A DNA stretch of 64,000 nt. Origin: Patescibacteria group bacterium (lineage in GTDB: Bacteria; Patescibacteriota; Patescibacteriia; Patescibacteriales; UBA12075). A program made the translations under genes and the position numbers. Each line of letters opens with the position of its first letter. The stretch's first letter is position 1. Below, piece by piece: positions 63,138 to 64,000 of the stretch. A model generated the notes under the pieces. It did no database searches, was not told where the DNA came from, and worked only from the letters and a program-made list of their open reading frames with translations. The stretch covers positions 19,182-83,181 of the forward strand of contig JAHILH010000004.1 in NCBI GenBank assembly GCA_018897195.1, in the 5' to 3' direction.

Positions 63138-63824
63138 ATGACAATACTCGTCGTCGAAGATGAAATCAAAATCTCTAAATTCATTCGAAAGGGCCTAGAA
63201 ATGGAACACTACACTGTTGACTTCGCCTATGACGGCGAAGAAGCACTTGAAAAAGTCCAGATCAATAATTATGATATTATTATTTTGGATATTATGATTC
63301 CAAAAATTAATGGCATTGAAGTATGTCGTCAGATTAGAGAAAATAAAATTGACACACCGGTAATTATGCTCACGGCCAAGGATACGGTCGATGACCGCGT
63401 CAAAGGGCTTGACGTTGGCGCCGACGACTACTTAACAAAACCATTTGCTTTTGGCGAATTGGTTGCTCGTATCCGTGCCCTATTACGCCGGGAAAAAATG
63501 GTTAAACCAACCAGATTAGAAATCAGCGACCTTATTCTTGACCCACAAACACACGAAGTTCACCGTGGCGGTAAAGAAATTGCACTATCTAGTAAAGAAT
63601 ACAAGCTACTCGACTATATGATGCGACGACCAGGTCACGTTTGCACACGCACAATGATTGGTGAGCATATTTGGGGATACAACTTTACTGACGACTCCAA
63701 TGTCATTGATGTCTACATTAGCTACTTGCGCAAAAAAATCGACAGTGGTTTCAAAAGTAGGCTCCTGCATACAGTTCGCGATGTCGGCTACAAAATTCAA
63801 GACAAAAGTCTAAAGAAAGTATAA
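63138..63824 (+). CDS. OmpR-family two-component response regulator
   Basis: 228 aa. Receiver domain (ILVVEDE, phospho-Asp region IILDIMIP, K at LTKPF) plus a winged-helix domain (LT.KEY.LL.Y.....G.V..R..I......................IDVYISYLRKKI). Confidence 0.9.
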   Translation: MTILVVEDEIKISKFIRKGLEMEHYTVDFAYDGEEALEKVQINNYDIIILDIMIPKINGIEVCRQIRENKIDTPVIMLTAKDTVDDRVKGLDVGADDYLTKPFAFGELVARIRALLRREKMVKPTRLEISDLILDPQTHEVHRGGKEIALSSKEYKLLDYMMRRPGHVCTRTMIGEHIWGYNFTDDSNVIDVYISYLRKKIDSGFKSRLLHTVRDVGYKIQDKSLKKV

Positions 63825-63825
63825 T

Positions 63826-64000
63826 ATGACTGAACCAAAAAAATTGAATCATGAAGAGGATAATGCTGCTATTGCATCCCTAATGAAAACAATTGAAAAA
63901 TCCAAGAAACAATATGAACAAGCAATCGATGCTATCCAAGATAGTATTTGTGTTGTCAATCGAAATTTTGAAATAACGAGCTGTAATAAAGCCTTCGCCA
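63826..64000 (+). CDS. sensor histidine kinase, N-terminal PAS-like part (partial, runs off window)
   Basis: The ATG lies 1 nt after the regulator stop. MTEPKKLNHEEDNAAIASLMKTIEKSKKQYEQAIDAIQDSICVVNRNFEITSCNKAFA is PAS-like. Assignment rests on context. Confidence 0.5.
   Translation, partial: MTEPKKLNHEEDNAAIASLMKTIEKSKKQYEQAIDAIQDSICVVNRNFEITSCNKAFA

Overview
The window is 64 kb from a compact, AT-rich bacterial genome. Gene content suggests a CPR/Patescibacteria-like organism: a 16S rRNA unlinked from 23S, TrbC/VirB2-like pilin proteins, an archaeal-type UMP kinase and tightly packed operons. This taxonomic call is inference, not proof. The flanks are housekeeping genes. On the left are rlmH, a ROK kinase, a flippase and glycosyltransferase, rluD, gmk, a DEAD-box helicase, rpsA, an M16 peptidase, a short SMC and a PIN-PhoH ATPase. 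Next come a 16S rRNA followed on the same strand by tRNA-Ile/Phe/fMet/Pro/Gly with no 23S or 5S, then rpsP-KH-trmD, tRNA-Asp, a SatP-like transporter and a flavoprotein. On the right are pyrH, comM, a solute-binding lipoprotein, a RodZ-like protein, recA, efp, rpsF-ssb-rpsR, prs, ychF and a two-component system. The centre (about 27.9-49.9 kb) is entirely on the minus strand and visibly more AT-rich. It is one operon-like block of 22 ORFs. It encodes a His-Xaa-Ser repeat precursor peptide (HxsA-like) with its own promoter and strong SD, plus HxsB/C/D-like proteins. It has eight radical SAM enzymes in total (some with SPASM-type Cys clusters) and a YcaO-domain protein. It also has a UbiU-like/UbiV-like U32 pair (one fused to a SAM methyltransferase), a UbiA-family prenyltransferase and a CruF/DUF422-like membrane protein. 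A Dph6-like PP-loop ATPase, an A24-like aspartic peptidase and two secreted Cys-rich proteins complete it. I know of no characterised pathway with this combination, so it is the main candidate for an undescribed peptide(-isoprenoid) maturation system. Other observations are a GC-rich hairpin repeat family (6 copies), an initiator tRNA with an A1xA72 mismatch, and a compensated change in the 16S 515F/530-loop region. There is also an apparently hinge-less SMC, a complete promoter-SD-35 aa ORF-terminator mini-gene, and an attenuator-like leader upstream of rpsF. No CRISPR array, transposase, integrase or phage gene was seen.
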